The notes: generated from the sequence alone by a model not told the origin. Positions 42,091 through 59,285 are shown, counted from the stretch's first letter. The stretch is 64,000 nt of DNA from the human T2T-CHM13v2.0 reference genome, Homo sapiens (GCF_009914755.1 NC_060944.1), one strand, 5' to 3'. Numbers and translations: made by a program.

Positions 42091-42394
42091 TTTTTTTTTT
42101 TTTTTTTTTGAGATGGAGTCTCACTCTGTCGCCCAGGCTGGAGTGCAGTGGCACGATCTCGGCTCACTGCAACCTCCACCTCCCAGGTTCAAGGTTCAAG
42201 TGATTCTCCTGCCTCAGCCTTCTGAGTAGGTGGGATTACAGACACTCACCACCATGCCTGGCTAATTTTTGTATTTTTAGTAGAGATGGGTTTCACCATG
42301 TTGGTCAGGCTGGTCTTGAACTCCTGACCTCATGATCCACCTGCCTCAGCCTCCCAAAGTGCTGGGATTACAGGTGTGAGCCACCACACCTGGC
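42091..42394 (-). mobile_element. AluSg-like
   Basis: T20 tail, gacctcatgatccacc; TSD tggttc(c/a)atc. Confidence 0.92.
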
Positions 42395-44214
42395 TGGTTC
42401 AATCTTATGATCCCTCAGTAAGTTTTCTGCCTCCTTTTACCCTGTATAACTATAGTTTATTATGACACAGCCAGCAGCAACAAAAGTATTTTATTACTGT
42501 GACAGACAGTTTGAAATAAATTTCTTTTGACATTCTCCAAGCCAGTGTGGGAGCTGGAGAAACACACATTGGGTGGGAAGAAGCTGATTGAAAGGGGTAT
42601 TTTCAATATATTTTTGCACAAAGGGATGCATCTATAGTTTTTGTGGCACTTGACACTTGAGTCTAAACTGCAATAGCTGTTTTTCCCCAAAACTGTGTCA
42701 ATACTATATGCCAAAGAAGACTTTCTTATTTCCATTAACGCATTTACTCAGAAAGCGCATACATAGTGGGATTCTCTTTGTGAGGCCTATTTGTGCCCTG
42801 TAGCACTTTCCAGTATGTTCTTTTGCTTCCTTTGTCTCCTCCATCAAGGCTCCAAAGTAACCCTAAAAGTATTGGGACTTAGTGAAGACTTACTCCCTAC
42901 TTCCCTAGTGAAATCTTCACTAAGTCTCTTCGCTTTCATGAAATCTTTTCTGGTTTACATTCAGATTCTTGCCTCTGTTTTTATCCTGGGAAAGAGAAGT
43001 TTCATAACTTCTGGGATGAATACTAAAGTTTCATAACTGGGATGAATACTAAAGCTCCAATATTTAATATTACTTGAGGGCTCCCAGAGTATCTGGTACT
43101 ATCTCACTGCCTCCTGAGTTTGGTTTTGGGGAGGATTCCTGAACATTAGCCAAGACACAACAGTATATACAACAGGAGTGTATATGAAGGGGATCCCAGA
43201 GATGAGACCAACATCTTTCTCGAGCCTCCTCAAACTTGAAATTACTCTGAGGAGGCTTGGAGTGAAAGAAAAAGGACATGGAGGTAGCCGCTCAACTTCT
43301 AACAATATTTGTTTGCGAGCAAGCATGGGGCACATCCAGAAATATGTATGGGGCTTGTTCTATGCAGGGCTTGCTATATTAGACAGGATGAGAGCCAGTG
43401 AAGTAAATACTATTCCTGGTTCTAAAGGAAAGTATGAGTTATATGTGAATAAAAAGTCCTGGACTGGAAATTCAACCTTTTCAAGCTTCTTTAGTTTTCA
43501 ATAGTATTACTTTCTCAAATATTTCATTTGCCTTCATTTAATTGCAAATACTTTGTATTATGCATAAGAGAACCAAGAGACAGTGTGGGCCATAAAATAT
43601 TCATTGCAGATTTTAATTTTGATTCTGGAGTCAAATAATAAAATGGAAATAAGGGGAAAATATTCCAAAATGAGTCACAAGATCCACAAAGGTCTGAAGA
43701 AAGTGATCTTACCACTCAAATTGTATTAGAATATACATAAGCTAATGAATCATATATCAATGCTACTTTTTGGAGTACTAACAGATGGCACTTCTACTGG
43801 AGGAAAGTGAAATACTCATCCCTGTAGAAATCCACTTGGGTGCAAGCAAGTGGCACAGAGTCCATTGGCACTCAGGCAGCTAGTTTTGCACCTCTGTGTT
43901 CAGTGCTGTGAACTGGCCTCTCCATAAAAGTCCATCCCAATCTCTGCACAATGCAAACACATAATCATATGATAAAAATAAGATGTAGGAGTGGATTGTT
44001 GCAAAGAAGCTATTATATCCAGACTCAAAGAGAAGAAACTGTAAAAGCAATGCAACTATACTAAAAGCATTTGCTCCTTTATGAGGAAGAAAAGTTACAT
44101 TTGGTTATATTGAACCCATTTGCATAGGAAAGGGATAGATATTATTGGAAGTGAAAGTGGAGAGAGACTGAGCTACATGCTCATGGCCTAGATGCAATGG
44201 TAGTTGACTTGGTA

Positions 44215-44731
44215 GGGGTTACATGGGGCTCTACACAACTTTCTATAGACACTCTAGGTGCCACGCCTACATCTTGTTAATCCTCTTTACCATTCCTTTA
44301 CTGCTACTTTTGCTTCTGTTTGATTTTGCTTTTAATGTCCTTTACCTTGACACTGTCAAGGAGTGTCTATTTTTGGAGGCCTGTCATTGTGCTACTGGAG
44401 CCAATTTGCCCACATGTGTGGATTTTGAAGTGCTCTGGGTTTGAGACCCTTTGGGATGGCCCTTAGCCAAAGTTGATGAGTATGGAGATATGAGAGCCTA
44501 GCTCCCTTGCCTCCTGTCAGTACAAACTCTGAGATGTAATTTATGCTCTAGAGCTCTCCTGCAGGATGAGCAGAGGCTGGGATCCTCCCTAGAATTGTAC
44601 CCTTGCTAAATGACTTCCCCTTCTCTTGTCTTGCTTCTCCATTCCCTCACTGGTATCTCCTGGGGCACTTCCTTAATAAATTCCTGATGAATTCCTGTTC
44701 AGGATTAGCTCCTCAAGACTCAGTCTAAGAT
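44215..44731 (+). mobile_element. LTR16-type ERVL LTR
   Basis: cctagctcccttgcctcc...aactctgagatgtaatttatgctctagagctc...cacttccttaataaa. Confidence 0.65.
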
Positions 44732-45319
44732 ACTCTCCAATAGATAGTTTAATCTATCCACATCCTCAGCAGAGCTTCTCTGCTCAGCATTGGTGACCAG
44801 CTTCAGATTGTAAACACTCTTACAGATAGTGCCCACAAACATTCCCTCAGAACACTCAAGGAAGGTGTAGATAGCAACAGTATTCTGAACTCTTTTGTAT
44901 CCGAAAAAACAACTGGAATGATAATAAGCCACAATCTTCCAATGACAGCAATAAAAAGCAACCTTTTTACTTTAATAAATACATTTAGGGAGACAGACAA
45001 ATTGGCTCTTTTGATAAACAAGATAATAATTCTATTTCTTCTCAGTCAACAGAAGTTAATAGCTTTCCTACTGAAACCTATTTAAGTTGACAATAAGTTG
45101 GAAACTAACCTGAGTTTGTGAAAAAGGTGTCATAATTAACTTACTCAGAACGTTTCTTGATGTATTGATTACCATTTATCATGGGCGGAGGACATTTGCC
45201 CTGAAAATTGGGAGGTACCAGGTGGCGAATTTACACAAACACAGTGAAGAGATCTGGATTCTCCTGATCTAGAGCTCAGAGACATGGTTGATGTTAGGAG
45301 AAAATTCAATCCTTACGTC

Positions 45320-45832
45320 CCTCTCTTTTTTCTTTTCTTTTCTTTTGTTTCCCCTCTCTCCCTCTCTCCCTCCCTCCTTCCCTCCTTCTCTCCTTCCTTC
45401 CTTCCTCCCTCTCTTCCTTCATTCCTTCCCTCCTCCCTCCCTTCCCTCCTGCTTTTCTCCCTTCCTCCCTCCCTTCCTTCCCTCCTTCTTTCCCTACTCC
45501 CTCCCTCCCTCTCTTCCTTCCTTCCTCCCTTCTTTTCTTCTTTCCCTCCTCCCTCCCTCCCTTCCTTCTTTCCTTCCTTCCTTCCTTGCCCCCCCTTTTC
45601 CTTCCTTCCTCCCTTCCTTCCTCCCTTCTTCCTCCCTCCCCACTTCTTACTTCCCTACCTCCCTTCTTCCTTTCTTTCCTCCCTTCTTCCTTTCCTTCCT
45701 CCCTCCTTTCTTTCCTCCTTCCCTCCTTCCTTCCCTTACTCCCTGCTTCCTTCCTTCCCTCCCTCCCTCCTTCCTTCCTTCCCTCCCTCCCTTCTTCCTC
45801 CCTCCCTTCCTGCCTTTCTCTGTTTCTTTCTA
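45320..45832. repeat. Degenerate (CCTT/CCCT)n polypyrimidine tract
   Basis: ~510 bp almost exclusively C/T on the + strand. Confidence 0.97.
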
Positions 45833-45840
45833 TAGCGGAA

Positions 45841-46043
45841 ACCACTCAGACTGCATCATCCTCTCCCTCTGACTCTCCACAATCACCAATGGCAAATAGC
45901 AGTTGCGGGAAAGCAGCGCCAAGAGCCAGCTTCACACTCAGGAGAGAACCCTGTGCCTCTTCCTCATGTTTCTGGTGCTTTACACATTCAGAGGAACTTC
46001 CCTAGTGACAAACTATAGAAATGATCCCTGAAAATATAATCTT
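45841..46043 (-). pseudogene. U3 snoRNA retropseudogene, near full length
   Basis: Reverse complement AAGATTATATTTTCAGGGATCATTTCTATAG...CCTGAGTGTGAAGC...GTCTGAGTGGT matches the U3 5' end, boxes A/B/D and 3' end; box C mutated, short internal deletion. Confidence 0.93.
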
Positions 46044-46062
46044 CATTTTACATTTCTTAATG

Positions 46063-46368
46063 CAGGGGTCCCCAACCCGAGGAAACAGTCCACACAGTAA
46101 GCCCCACAGAAACAGGGGGCAAGCCAGCATTACCGCCTCAGCTCCACTTCCTGTCAGATCAGCTGGGCATTAGATTTTCATAGAAGCAGGAACCCTATTG
46201 TGAACTGCACATGCGAGGGATCTAGGTTGCCTGATTCTTATGAAAATCTAATGCCTGATGACCCGAGGTGGAACAGTTTCATCCCAAAACCTTTCCCCCA
46301 CCCCCACTCCGTGGAAAAATTGTCTTCCACGAAACTGGTCCCTGGTACCAAAAAGGTTGGGGACGCTG
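46063..46368 (+). mobile_element. MER1B (hAT-Charlie)
   Basis: TIRs caggggtccccaacc / ggttggggacgctg; 8-bp TSD tcttaatg/ccttaata. Confidence 0.9.
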
Positions 46369-47154
46369 CCTTAATAAAAGTTTTTTTAATCTGACTGGCC
46401 CCAGTCAAATTTACATTCTGTGAGAATGTAAATAGACTTCACATGAGGAAACAGTTCTGTTTATTTAATCTGCAGGACTTCTCAGAACCTTTATTTTGCT
46501 GATGTATGGTGCAAGTCTCTCAATGCTACATTTTCCAAACTTAGTGGTTGTAACATCTTTTTTTTCACAACATCTCTGCTGCTGTAGACAAGATTGTAAA
46601 CTGTCAGATTTCTCTTTGCCTTCCTCCACTTTATTTCTTTATCTCCCCTTTGATTCCTTACCTGAATCATCTTGTATGAAAATAAGTATGAGAAATATAG
46701 GTGTCTATTAATTAATATCTTATTCATCTATTATTGTGAACTCAGGCATCTGCTCTATAGAAACTCAGAATGTATTTCTTGGGAGGAATGCAGTCGATTG
46801 CACTCCAAAATGGCCTATGCTTCTTTGTTCTTCCATGCATGTCTATCTCTGTCTCCAACTAGATCAGAAGACCCTGGAGAACTGAGTAGAAGTTAAAATG
46901 TTTTGAATGAAATTAAACACTGATATTAATATTCAATTAGTTCAATTAACGTTATAGGTCTAAAACTTACCAAGCATTCCCACCAAAAAGAAAATTTGTC
47001 AATAACTTTGGGAAATAGTCTTAAAATATAAGATTTTAGCATTTGCTGTTTAGTGTCCGTGGGACAATCCTCCTAGAGAGCGCTTATCACTACATCATAT
47101 ATGTATGTGTTGATCTCTCTCTCTCTTCTCTTTCTCTCTCTCTCTCTTTATCTA

Positions 47155-49527
47155 CAGGCATACCCCATTTTATTGGTGCTTTGATTTATTGTACTTCACC
47201 AGTATTAGTTTTTTTTTTTTAAACAAATTAATGGTTTGTGGCAACCCTACTTGAGCAAATCTATCGGCACCACTTTCCCAAAAGCATGTACTCACATCAT
47301 GTCTCTGTAGCTCTCTCGATTTCAAACTTTTTCATTACGATTATATCTTTGATGGTGATCTGTGATCGGTGATCTTTGATGTTACTATTGTAATTGTTTT
47401 GGGGTGTCACAAACTGTGCCCATATAAGAAGGTGTACTGAATTGATAAATGTTCATGTTCTGATTGCTCCACCGACTGGCTGTTTCCCCATCTCTCTTGC
47501 TTTCCTTAGGCTTCACTATTTTCTGAGACACTATAATATTGAAATTAGGCCAATTAATAAACCTACTATGGCTTCTAAGTACTCAAGTGAAAGAAAGAGT
47601 CACATGTCTGTCACTTTCAATCAAAAGCTAGGAATGATTTAGCTCAGTAAAGAAGGCATGTTGAAAGCTGAAACAGGCTGGGCCTCTTGTGCCAAATAGT
47701 TAACCAAATTGTGAATGTAAACAAGAAGCTCTTGAAGGAGATTTAAAGTGCTTCTCCAGTTAACACATGAATAATAAGAAAGCCAAACAGTCTTATTCCT
47801 GATATGGAGAAAGTTTTAGTGGTCTGGATAGAAGATCAAACAGCTAGAACATTCCCTTAAACCAAAGTCTAATCCAGAGCAAGGCCCTAAATCTCTTCAA
47901 TTCCAGAAAAACTGAGAGAGGTGAGGCAGCTGCAGAAGAAAACTCTGGAGATAGTAGAGGTTAGTTCCTGAAGTTTAAGAAAATAAGCCATCTTCATAAT
48001 ATAAAAGTGCAAAGTGAAGCAGCAAGTGCTGATCAGAAGCTGCAGCAAGTTATCCAGATCTTGCTAAGATCATTGAAGAAAGTGGCTACAATAAATAAAA
48101 GATGTTCAGTGTAGATCTAATAGCCTTCTGTTGGAAGGAGATGTCATCTAGGACTTCCATAGGTGGAGTGGAGAAGTCAATGGCCAGCTTTATAGCTTCA
48201 AAGGACAGGCTAGCTCTCTTGTTAGAAGCTAATGCAGCTGGTAACTTTAAGCTTAAGCCAATGCTCCTTTACTGTTCCAAAATTCTAGGGCTCTTAAGAA
48301 TTAGGCTAAATCTACTCTGTCTATGCTCTATAGATGAAACAACAAAGTCTGGATGACAACACATCTGTTTGCAGAATGGTTTACTGAATGTTTTAAGCCC
48401 ACTGTTGAGAACTTCTGCTTAGAAAAAATGGTTCCTTTCAAACTATTACTGCTCATTGACAATGCATGTGGTCACCCAAGAGCTCTGCCGAAGATGTACA
48501 AGGAGATAAATACTGTTTTCATGCCTGCTAACACAACATCCATTCTGCAGCCCATGGATCAAGAACTAATTTTGACTTTCAAGCCTTACTTAAGAAATAC
48601 ATTTAATAAGGCTATAGCTGCCATAGACAGCAATTCCTCTGATGGATCTGGGCAAAGTAAACAAAACCTTTCTGGAAAGAATTCACCAGTCTTGATGAAA
48701 TTAAGAATATTTGTGGTTCATGGGAGGAGGCCAAAATATCAATATTAACAGGAATTTGGAAGAATGAGATTACAAGCCTCATGGAGGACTTTCAGGGGTT
48801 CAAGATTTCGGTGGAGACAGTCACTGTAGTTGTGAAAATACAAAAGAGCTAGACTTAGAAGTGGAGCCTAAAGATGTTACTAAATTGCTGCAATCTCATT
48901 ATAAAACTTAACAACTGAAGACTTGCTTCTCATGGATAAGCCAAGAAAGTGGTTTCTTGAGATAGAATCAACTTCTGGTGAAGATGCTATGAACATTGTT
49001 CAAATGACAGCAAAGGATTTAGAATATGAAATAAACGTTGTTAATAAAGCAGCAGCGCAGTTTAGGAGGATTGACTCTAGGTTTGAAAGTTCTTCTGTGG
49101 GTACAATGCTATCAGACAACATTTTATGCTATAGAGAAATCTTTCACAAAAGGAAAAATACATCAATGTGGCAAACTTCATTTTTGTCTTATTTTAAAAA
49201 TTTCCCACAGCCACCCCAGGCTTCAACAACCACAGCCCTTATCAGCCTGTGGTTATCAACACTGAGGCAAGACCCTTTATAAGCAAAGAGATAATGGAGA
49301 TAATGAAGGCTCAGATGATTTTTTTAAGCAGTAAACTATTTTTAATTGAGGTATATGCATTGTTATTTAGACATAATGCTATTGCACATTATTAGAATAC
49401 GGTATAGTATAAACATAACTTTTAAATGCCCTGGGAAACTAAAACCTTATGTGACATGTTTTATTGCAATATTTGCTTGATTGCAGTGGTCTGGAACTGG
49501 ACCTGCACGATCCCTTAGGTGTGGCTG
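47155..49527 (+). mobile_element. Full-length Tigger1 (TcMar) with decayed pogo-like transposase
   Basis: TA|caggcatacc...aggtgtggctg|TA; peptides [41 protein letters not shown]. Confidence 0.95.
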
Positions 49528-49529
49528 TA

Positions 49530-49715
49530 TACTGTATATCAATTATTTCTTCCCTCTAGAATGTAGGCTCCAAAGATTAAAGGCTTCATTTTGCTTGCTG
49601 CCATATCCTCAGTACCAGGCACATATCAGATGCTTTGATGTGTAACATTGAAAAGAAGGAAGGAAGAAAGAAAGGAAGGGAGGGAAGGAGAGAGGGAAGG
49701 AGGGAAGAAGGCAGG
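49530..49715 (+). mobile_element. L2 3' end with purine-rich tail
   Basis: ctagaatgtaggctcc...tatcctcagtaccaggcaca then a GGAA-rich run. Confidence 0.6.
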
Positions 49716-51019
49716 AATCCAGTGTATACACATGCTCATGGTACTTTTTTGCTTTTTGCCAGAGTGTAGCTGCTACCTTACACTCATATATAAAACACAA
49801 GGAGGTCATTAAATAGTGTCATAAGTGGTCTTCAGGAACTGAGTGGTTTGGGGGTTAGGATAATTCTCTTGGAAGAATAATGATAAGGCACTAAGTATGT
49901 GTTGGAAGCTGTGGTGAATATTTATTTTGGCCAGCTCAGTTGAAACATATTTATTAAAACAGAGTTTCATTGATACTAATTCTATTCAACATGGAAGCAA
50001 ACAGGATAATAAGAGATGAGTTAGGTTCTAGTTTGGGGAACCAGAGGACTGGGACTTGGGGTGGGGGGCTGACTGGTGGCAGTAGAGGGGAAATGTTATT
50101 ATCGGGAAGAAGTTTCAAGATGTTCCAGGCATTTACAACATTCTTATTTCCCAAAATACCCAGAAAATCAGGTCAAGTAAGACATTCTGGCCCTTCCTTC
50201 CTATAAGAACATACTTCTTACTTTTTAAAGAAAGTCTGTGAAAAGCAAAAAAGGGACCTTTTTACCAGAGCTGACTGTAATGTCAGCTACTTGCGGAATG
50301 TGACAACTGCTTGTCATTCTCAATGTCCGATCACCAGAAGGTTTCTCCCCAATCATGGATTCATGTAAGAACTTGGCTCTAAATGTTTCCAACACTAAAA
50401 TTGTCTTTTCCAATAATTCATTTTTTTTATTGAGTACACTAATCTTCCTTTCTTCGAACTTAGAAGACTCTTCTTTGACCTTTGCCTCCCTTCATTGCTA
50501 TGCTCAGCCTACAGTCACATCCTAATAATTTCTTCCTCATTATGCCTCTTCTTTCACCTCAAATGACTTAACCCCATCATTCAAGGGCAGGTCCCCATCA
50601 CTGGTCATCTAGATAGCTCTGACAACCTGCTAGCTGTCTCCAGCCTAAGTGAGGATACTGTATCCTCAGTACCAGGCACATATCAGGTTGCAAACCCAGA
50701 TTTCTTTGGGGGACTCTCAGTAGAGAGAAAACTATAGAGATATAGAGGGCTCCATTATAAGTAAAATCAGCTGGGAATAAATGTTTTCAATGTAGCTTAC
50801 TCAGGAGACCCTTTGTTTTTCTCAAGGAGCACTCAGAGTTTTCATTACGTAGTTATTGTACCAGGGTGCTCAGTGAGGAAGAATTCAACACAGAAATTTT
50901 TTCAGATATATATATATATACACATGTAGGCAGAAACATGGGGTCACCTGAGAAAATATTATTTTCTGTTCTGCTGTATACTTATGGAAATCTGGCACCC
51001 TTATACTGGAAAAAAGCTG

Positions 51020-51427
51020 TATGGTACATTGTATTTTTTGTTTACAATTCCATCTCTCCATGGCCTTGGTATGTCTTCCTTATGGGAGCACTTTGCTTCC
51101 AACCCTTTTGATGTGGGGTTTGACCATGTGACTGTCTATAATGACAGCTCTGCATAGAGGCTTCAGAAGACCTGCCATGTTGCAGCTTGCCTTCTTGAGT
51201 CCACCATGAGAAGAGGATGCCCCACACAGCTATGGCTCATTCAACTCAGTCCCAGAGTGAAAATATGAGGAGCAAACCTGAAACTGACACAAGCCTAGAG
51301 TCCAGCCCAGCCCAGCCGATTGACCTACGGCTGATCCATGGACCTATAAACAAATGAACATGTATTTCAGATCACTGTGTTATAGGTATGTGTGTTACGG
51401 AAAATCATGGCAGAACGCATGAATACA
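51020..51427 (+). mobile_element. MLT1I/J MaLR LTR
   Basis: ttgatgtggggtttgaccatgtgact...ccatgagaagaggatgcccc...gaataca. Confidence 0.6.
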
Positions 51428-51473
51428 GGTTATAAGGGGAATATGTGCCGCTTTATGTGCGGGGCCAACCTAA

Positions 51474-51929
<456 letters not shown>

Positions 51930-52304
51930 TAAAATAGGTTAATCCTGGACAGAAGAGAAATTCTGTCACAGGTGAGGACATTGATCACATTTTTTAAGTG
52001 GGTTAGGTGAGAAATAAATTTAAATCATCCAATTGACAATGGCTATCACTGGCAGAAATTATCAATACAAAATCAACTTGACAGTGGTGGCAACTTCACA
52101 TTATAACATTTGCTCTACAGGAAAAACTAAAAAAAAATTATAAAGGAAGTCTTATTCCTATTAGATTTAATAGGAATAATCAGTAGAAAATAAGACAATG
52201 ACAAATGGAATAAAAATTGACCCAAGAATCAAATCATCTCAAGGAATACTAATGTGAAATGACAGCCTTGGAAAAATTGGACTTGCTATGGATAAGGACC
52301 GCAG

Positions 52305-52536
52305 GAACAATGAGAACACATGGACACAGGAAGGGTAACATTACACACCGGGGACTGTTGTGGGGTTGGGGGAGAGGGGAGGGATAGCATTAGGAGATAT
52401 ACCTAATGCTAAATGACAAGTTAATGAGTGCAGCACACCAACATGGCACATGTATACATATGTAACAAACCTGCACGTTGTGCACATGTACCCTAAAACT
52501 TAAAGTATAATAATAATAAAATTTAAAAAAAAAAAA
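52305..52536 (+). mobile_element. L1PA4-like 3' end with poly(A)
   Basis: gaacaatgagaacacatggacacagg...gtaccctaaaacttaaagtataat + A tail. Confidence 0.92.
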
Positions 52537-53084
52537 GGAAGATACTCTCAATAGGGAAACTGTGATTTGAGGATCTAGACCACCATGGCACATTCCTGCA
52601 GTGTTTTCCCTGTGGATTCCATGTCCCCTTGGCCATCAGCATGTGTGCTGTGGACCTGATCCCCACCTCCAGCCTGGCTGCCTCCTTGGAGTGGAGAAAG
52701 TTCTCTGAGGTGGCCAAGAGAGGAAATGGGACAACACTGATGTCTCCAGCAAGTGCAGCACCCACCAGTGGGCCCCGGCTGCCAGTGCTCTCCTGGTATA
52801 GCTTTGGATCTTGTATCCAGGGTGAGTCCATGCATCCAGTTCAAAGGGCTACCCTCTCCCTTCCAGGTAGGTTTCATTTCATGAGGCCACACTTCAGAGT
52901 GTGGTGAAGGCAAAGCATCCGTGTGCTTTCTATGTCCAGCTCCATCAGTGGGATTTCCTCAAATTCTGGCATTTTATTGACAGAGGTTACCTCCTGAAAA
53001 GGTGTTACCATTTTATATCAGAGCTTTCTGAAACAGTGCAATTACTCTTTGTAAGGAACTGTTGCCTTGTCTGGCATATATGTT

Positions 53085-53345
53085 AGCATGCATGTGTGCG
53101 TGAAAGCACATGAACTCTTTATGTGTGTGTATGTCAGCATGTGGATGTGTGTATTTATCTGTGTGCATTTATGTGTGAATGTAGGTGCATTTGAGGGTGT
53201 ATGAGTGTGTGAATATGATTATGATTTTCAGTGTTTGCCGGTGAGTGTGTGTAGGAGTGTATATACTTATGCATGAGTGTTTCCATATTGTATGTATATG
53301 TATGTGTGAGTATACTGGGTGTGTGTGTATATGTGTGTTTTTGTG
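53085..53345. repeat. Degenerate (TG)n-rich tract
   Basis: Interrupted gtgtgt runs. Confidence 0.7.
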
Positions 53346-53449
53346 CATTCTGATGAGAACTTTTTCAATTAGAATACACACTACTTGTTTTGGTCATTAA
53401 TATCATTTATTGTATTCATCTTTTGGGGAGTTTAGCACTTTTTGTTTTA

Positions 53450-53756
53450 TTTTTTATTTTATTTCATTTATTTATTTATTGAGACAGAGTCTTGCTCTGT
53501 TGCCTAGGTGAAGTGGGTGTGATCTCGGCTCACTGCAACCTCTGCCTCCCGGGTTCCAGTGATTCTCCCACCTCAGCCTCCTGAGTAGCTGGGATTAAAG
53601 GCACCCACCATCATGCCCGGCTAATTTTTGTATTTTTGTAGAGATGGGGTTTCACCATGTTGGCCAGGCTGGTCTTGAACTCCTGGTCTCAGGTCATCCA
53701 CCTGCCTCAGCCTTCCCAAGTGCTGGGATTACAGGCGTAAGCTACCGCGCCCAGTT
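53450..53756 (-). mobile_element. AluSx-like, TSD gcactttttgtttta
   Basis: Reverse Alu with (TTTA)n tail. Confidence 0.92.
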
Positions 53757-54760
53757 GGCACTTTTTGTTTTAATCATACCCCACCACTTTCTTCAATGAG
53801 CATCCCTATTTTTTCTCTACTGGATTCTTTTTTCTTAAATGTTTTTAATATCTTTGAAATCTCTCAACAATTTGTTTCCCTTCTAAATATTTCCACTACT
53901 TTTCAAAATTTCCCTTATTAATCCTCTTGTATTCTATAAATTTTACTGGCTCACTTTCCTTTCAGAGAATTAAAGCTGATTAGACTTTAGGAACTGGGAG
54001 AAAAGTGGGGGATATTTGTTCACTTGTTCATTTAGTAAATATTAATGGAGCAACTGCCAAATGAGATGTACTGTTTTAAACACTACAACTATAGTTGTAA
54101 ATAAGATTCACCTTTCTGAGACTTACATTTTAAGGCCATTCCAAGCAGAGGGAACAGCATGTGCAAAGATACAGTTGTCTGCCCAGTAAAGGCCTGGTTA
54201 CCAAGCTAAGGGATTGTGTCACACTGTCATTTTGCTGCATTGTATTGGTTATGCATGTCACAGGCACAGACCAGGTACAAGAGGAGAGAACACACAAAAG
54301 CAGGAATACCACGAGGTGCAGTTCGTTGTGGACACCAATGTGACAGACATTTGCTCATACCATGCACCAGACAAATATGCTAAGTTGTGAGGTACGCCTG
54401 CCCTTCAAGAGACTGAAGGATCCTGAGGGACTGAGGGATCGAGAGGGGAATTCATTCCAATGTCGCACCAGGAACTAAGTGAAGATGTCTGGTGAGCAGT
54501 GACATGCATGCTACAGAAGCATTCGGGAAAGATCAGTACTGACAAGAAGGGGCCTGTTGGTCCATAAAAAGCTGCTGAAGTCACAGATTGACCATGGTTG
54601 TTCCAGGAGTGAGAGGAGGATGGAAGATCAAAGCCTAAGAAACACAGACATTTAAAGAACAGACTATTCCACAAAGACCATGAAGCAGAGTTGCGGGATT
54701 AAAAACCAAGAGAGGAGAATGGATAAATACATTGTAGGTGTTAAAAATTGAGAAATAGAA

Positions 54761-54763
<3 letters not shown>

Positions 54764-54793
<30 letters not shown>
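54764..54793. repeat. (CA)n microsatellite, ~15 units
   Basis: Perfect run. Confidence 0.95.
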
Positions 54794-54795
<2 letters not shown>

Positions 54796-54796
54796 A

Positions 54797-58200
<3,404 letters not shown>

Positions 58201-58204
58201 TTAT

Positions 58205-58682
<478 letters not shown>

Positions 58683-58689
58683 AAGTCGG

Positions 58690-58968
58690 TGCTCACGTCC
58701 CTCCCATCCCCATGCTTAGGGGATCTCTCTCTCAGGCAGTGCTGCTTGGGGTTAGCGGAGGGGTGATGCAGATAATGTGAAACTGTTCTTTCTATCCTCT
58801 TCAATGCATCTTTTCTTATTTCTGTGCTATACTCAGGTGTTGTAATCTCTCATCTGGTTTCCCTGGCTCTTGTGAAGGTATTTTAATGAATGGATTGTTG
58901 TTTAAATTGATGTTTCTACGGAGGGTGGCTGCTGGAATGTCCTATTCTGCCATCTTGCTGATGTCAGC
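58690..58968 (-). mobile_element. L1M 5' end fragment
   Basis: tcctattctgccatcttgctgatgtca terminus (YY1-like CAAGATGGC on minus). Confidence 0.6.
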
Positions 58969-58969
58969 C

Positions 58970-59285
58970 TCAATAAATTGTAGTTATTCAAGAATGGAAT
59001 ACTACTCAGCAACAAATGATCTACTGATACACACAGCAACATGGAGGAACCTCTAGAATGAGCACATTTAATCTAGGTGGGTTTCTGTCAGAATAGTAAT
59101 TGTTTTTATGGGGTCGAGGGGGGAATTTTCTTGAGGAAGGAGCACAGCTAACTTCTGGAGGGAAGGAAATGTTTTGTATCTTGATTTGAGTGGTGATTAC
59201 AGGAGTGTATATATTTGTCAAAAAATCAAACTATACATTTAAAATCTATGCATTCATATTATACAAATGATACCTTAATAAAACA
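58970..59285 (+). mobile_element. L1ME-type 3' end
   Basis: aatggaatactactcagcaac...ggaaatgttttgtatcttgat. Confidence 0.65.

Noticed and set aside
45284-45872. 179-194 aa P/S/F/L-rich or E/G/R/K-rich ORFs
   Set aside because: Translations of a simple repeat
45841-46043. Functional U3 gene
   Set aside because: Box C mutated, internal deletion, no recognisable PSE, tail-like 3' tract
48102-49282. Possible TIGD-like domesticated transposase
   Set aside because: Multiple stops and frameshifts inside a TIR-bounded Tigger1
52602-52821. Possible plus-strand exon (cctgcag ... G|gtgagt)
   Set aside because: Weak pyrimidine tract, no partner exons, no recognisable peptide
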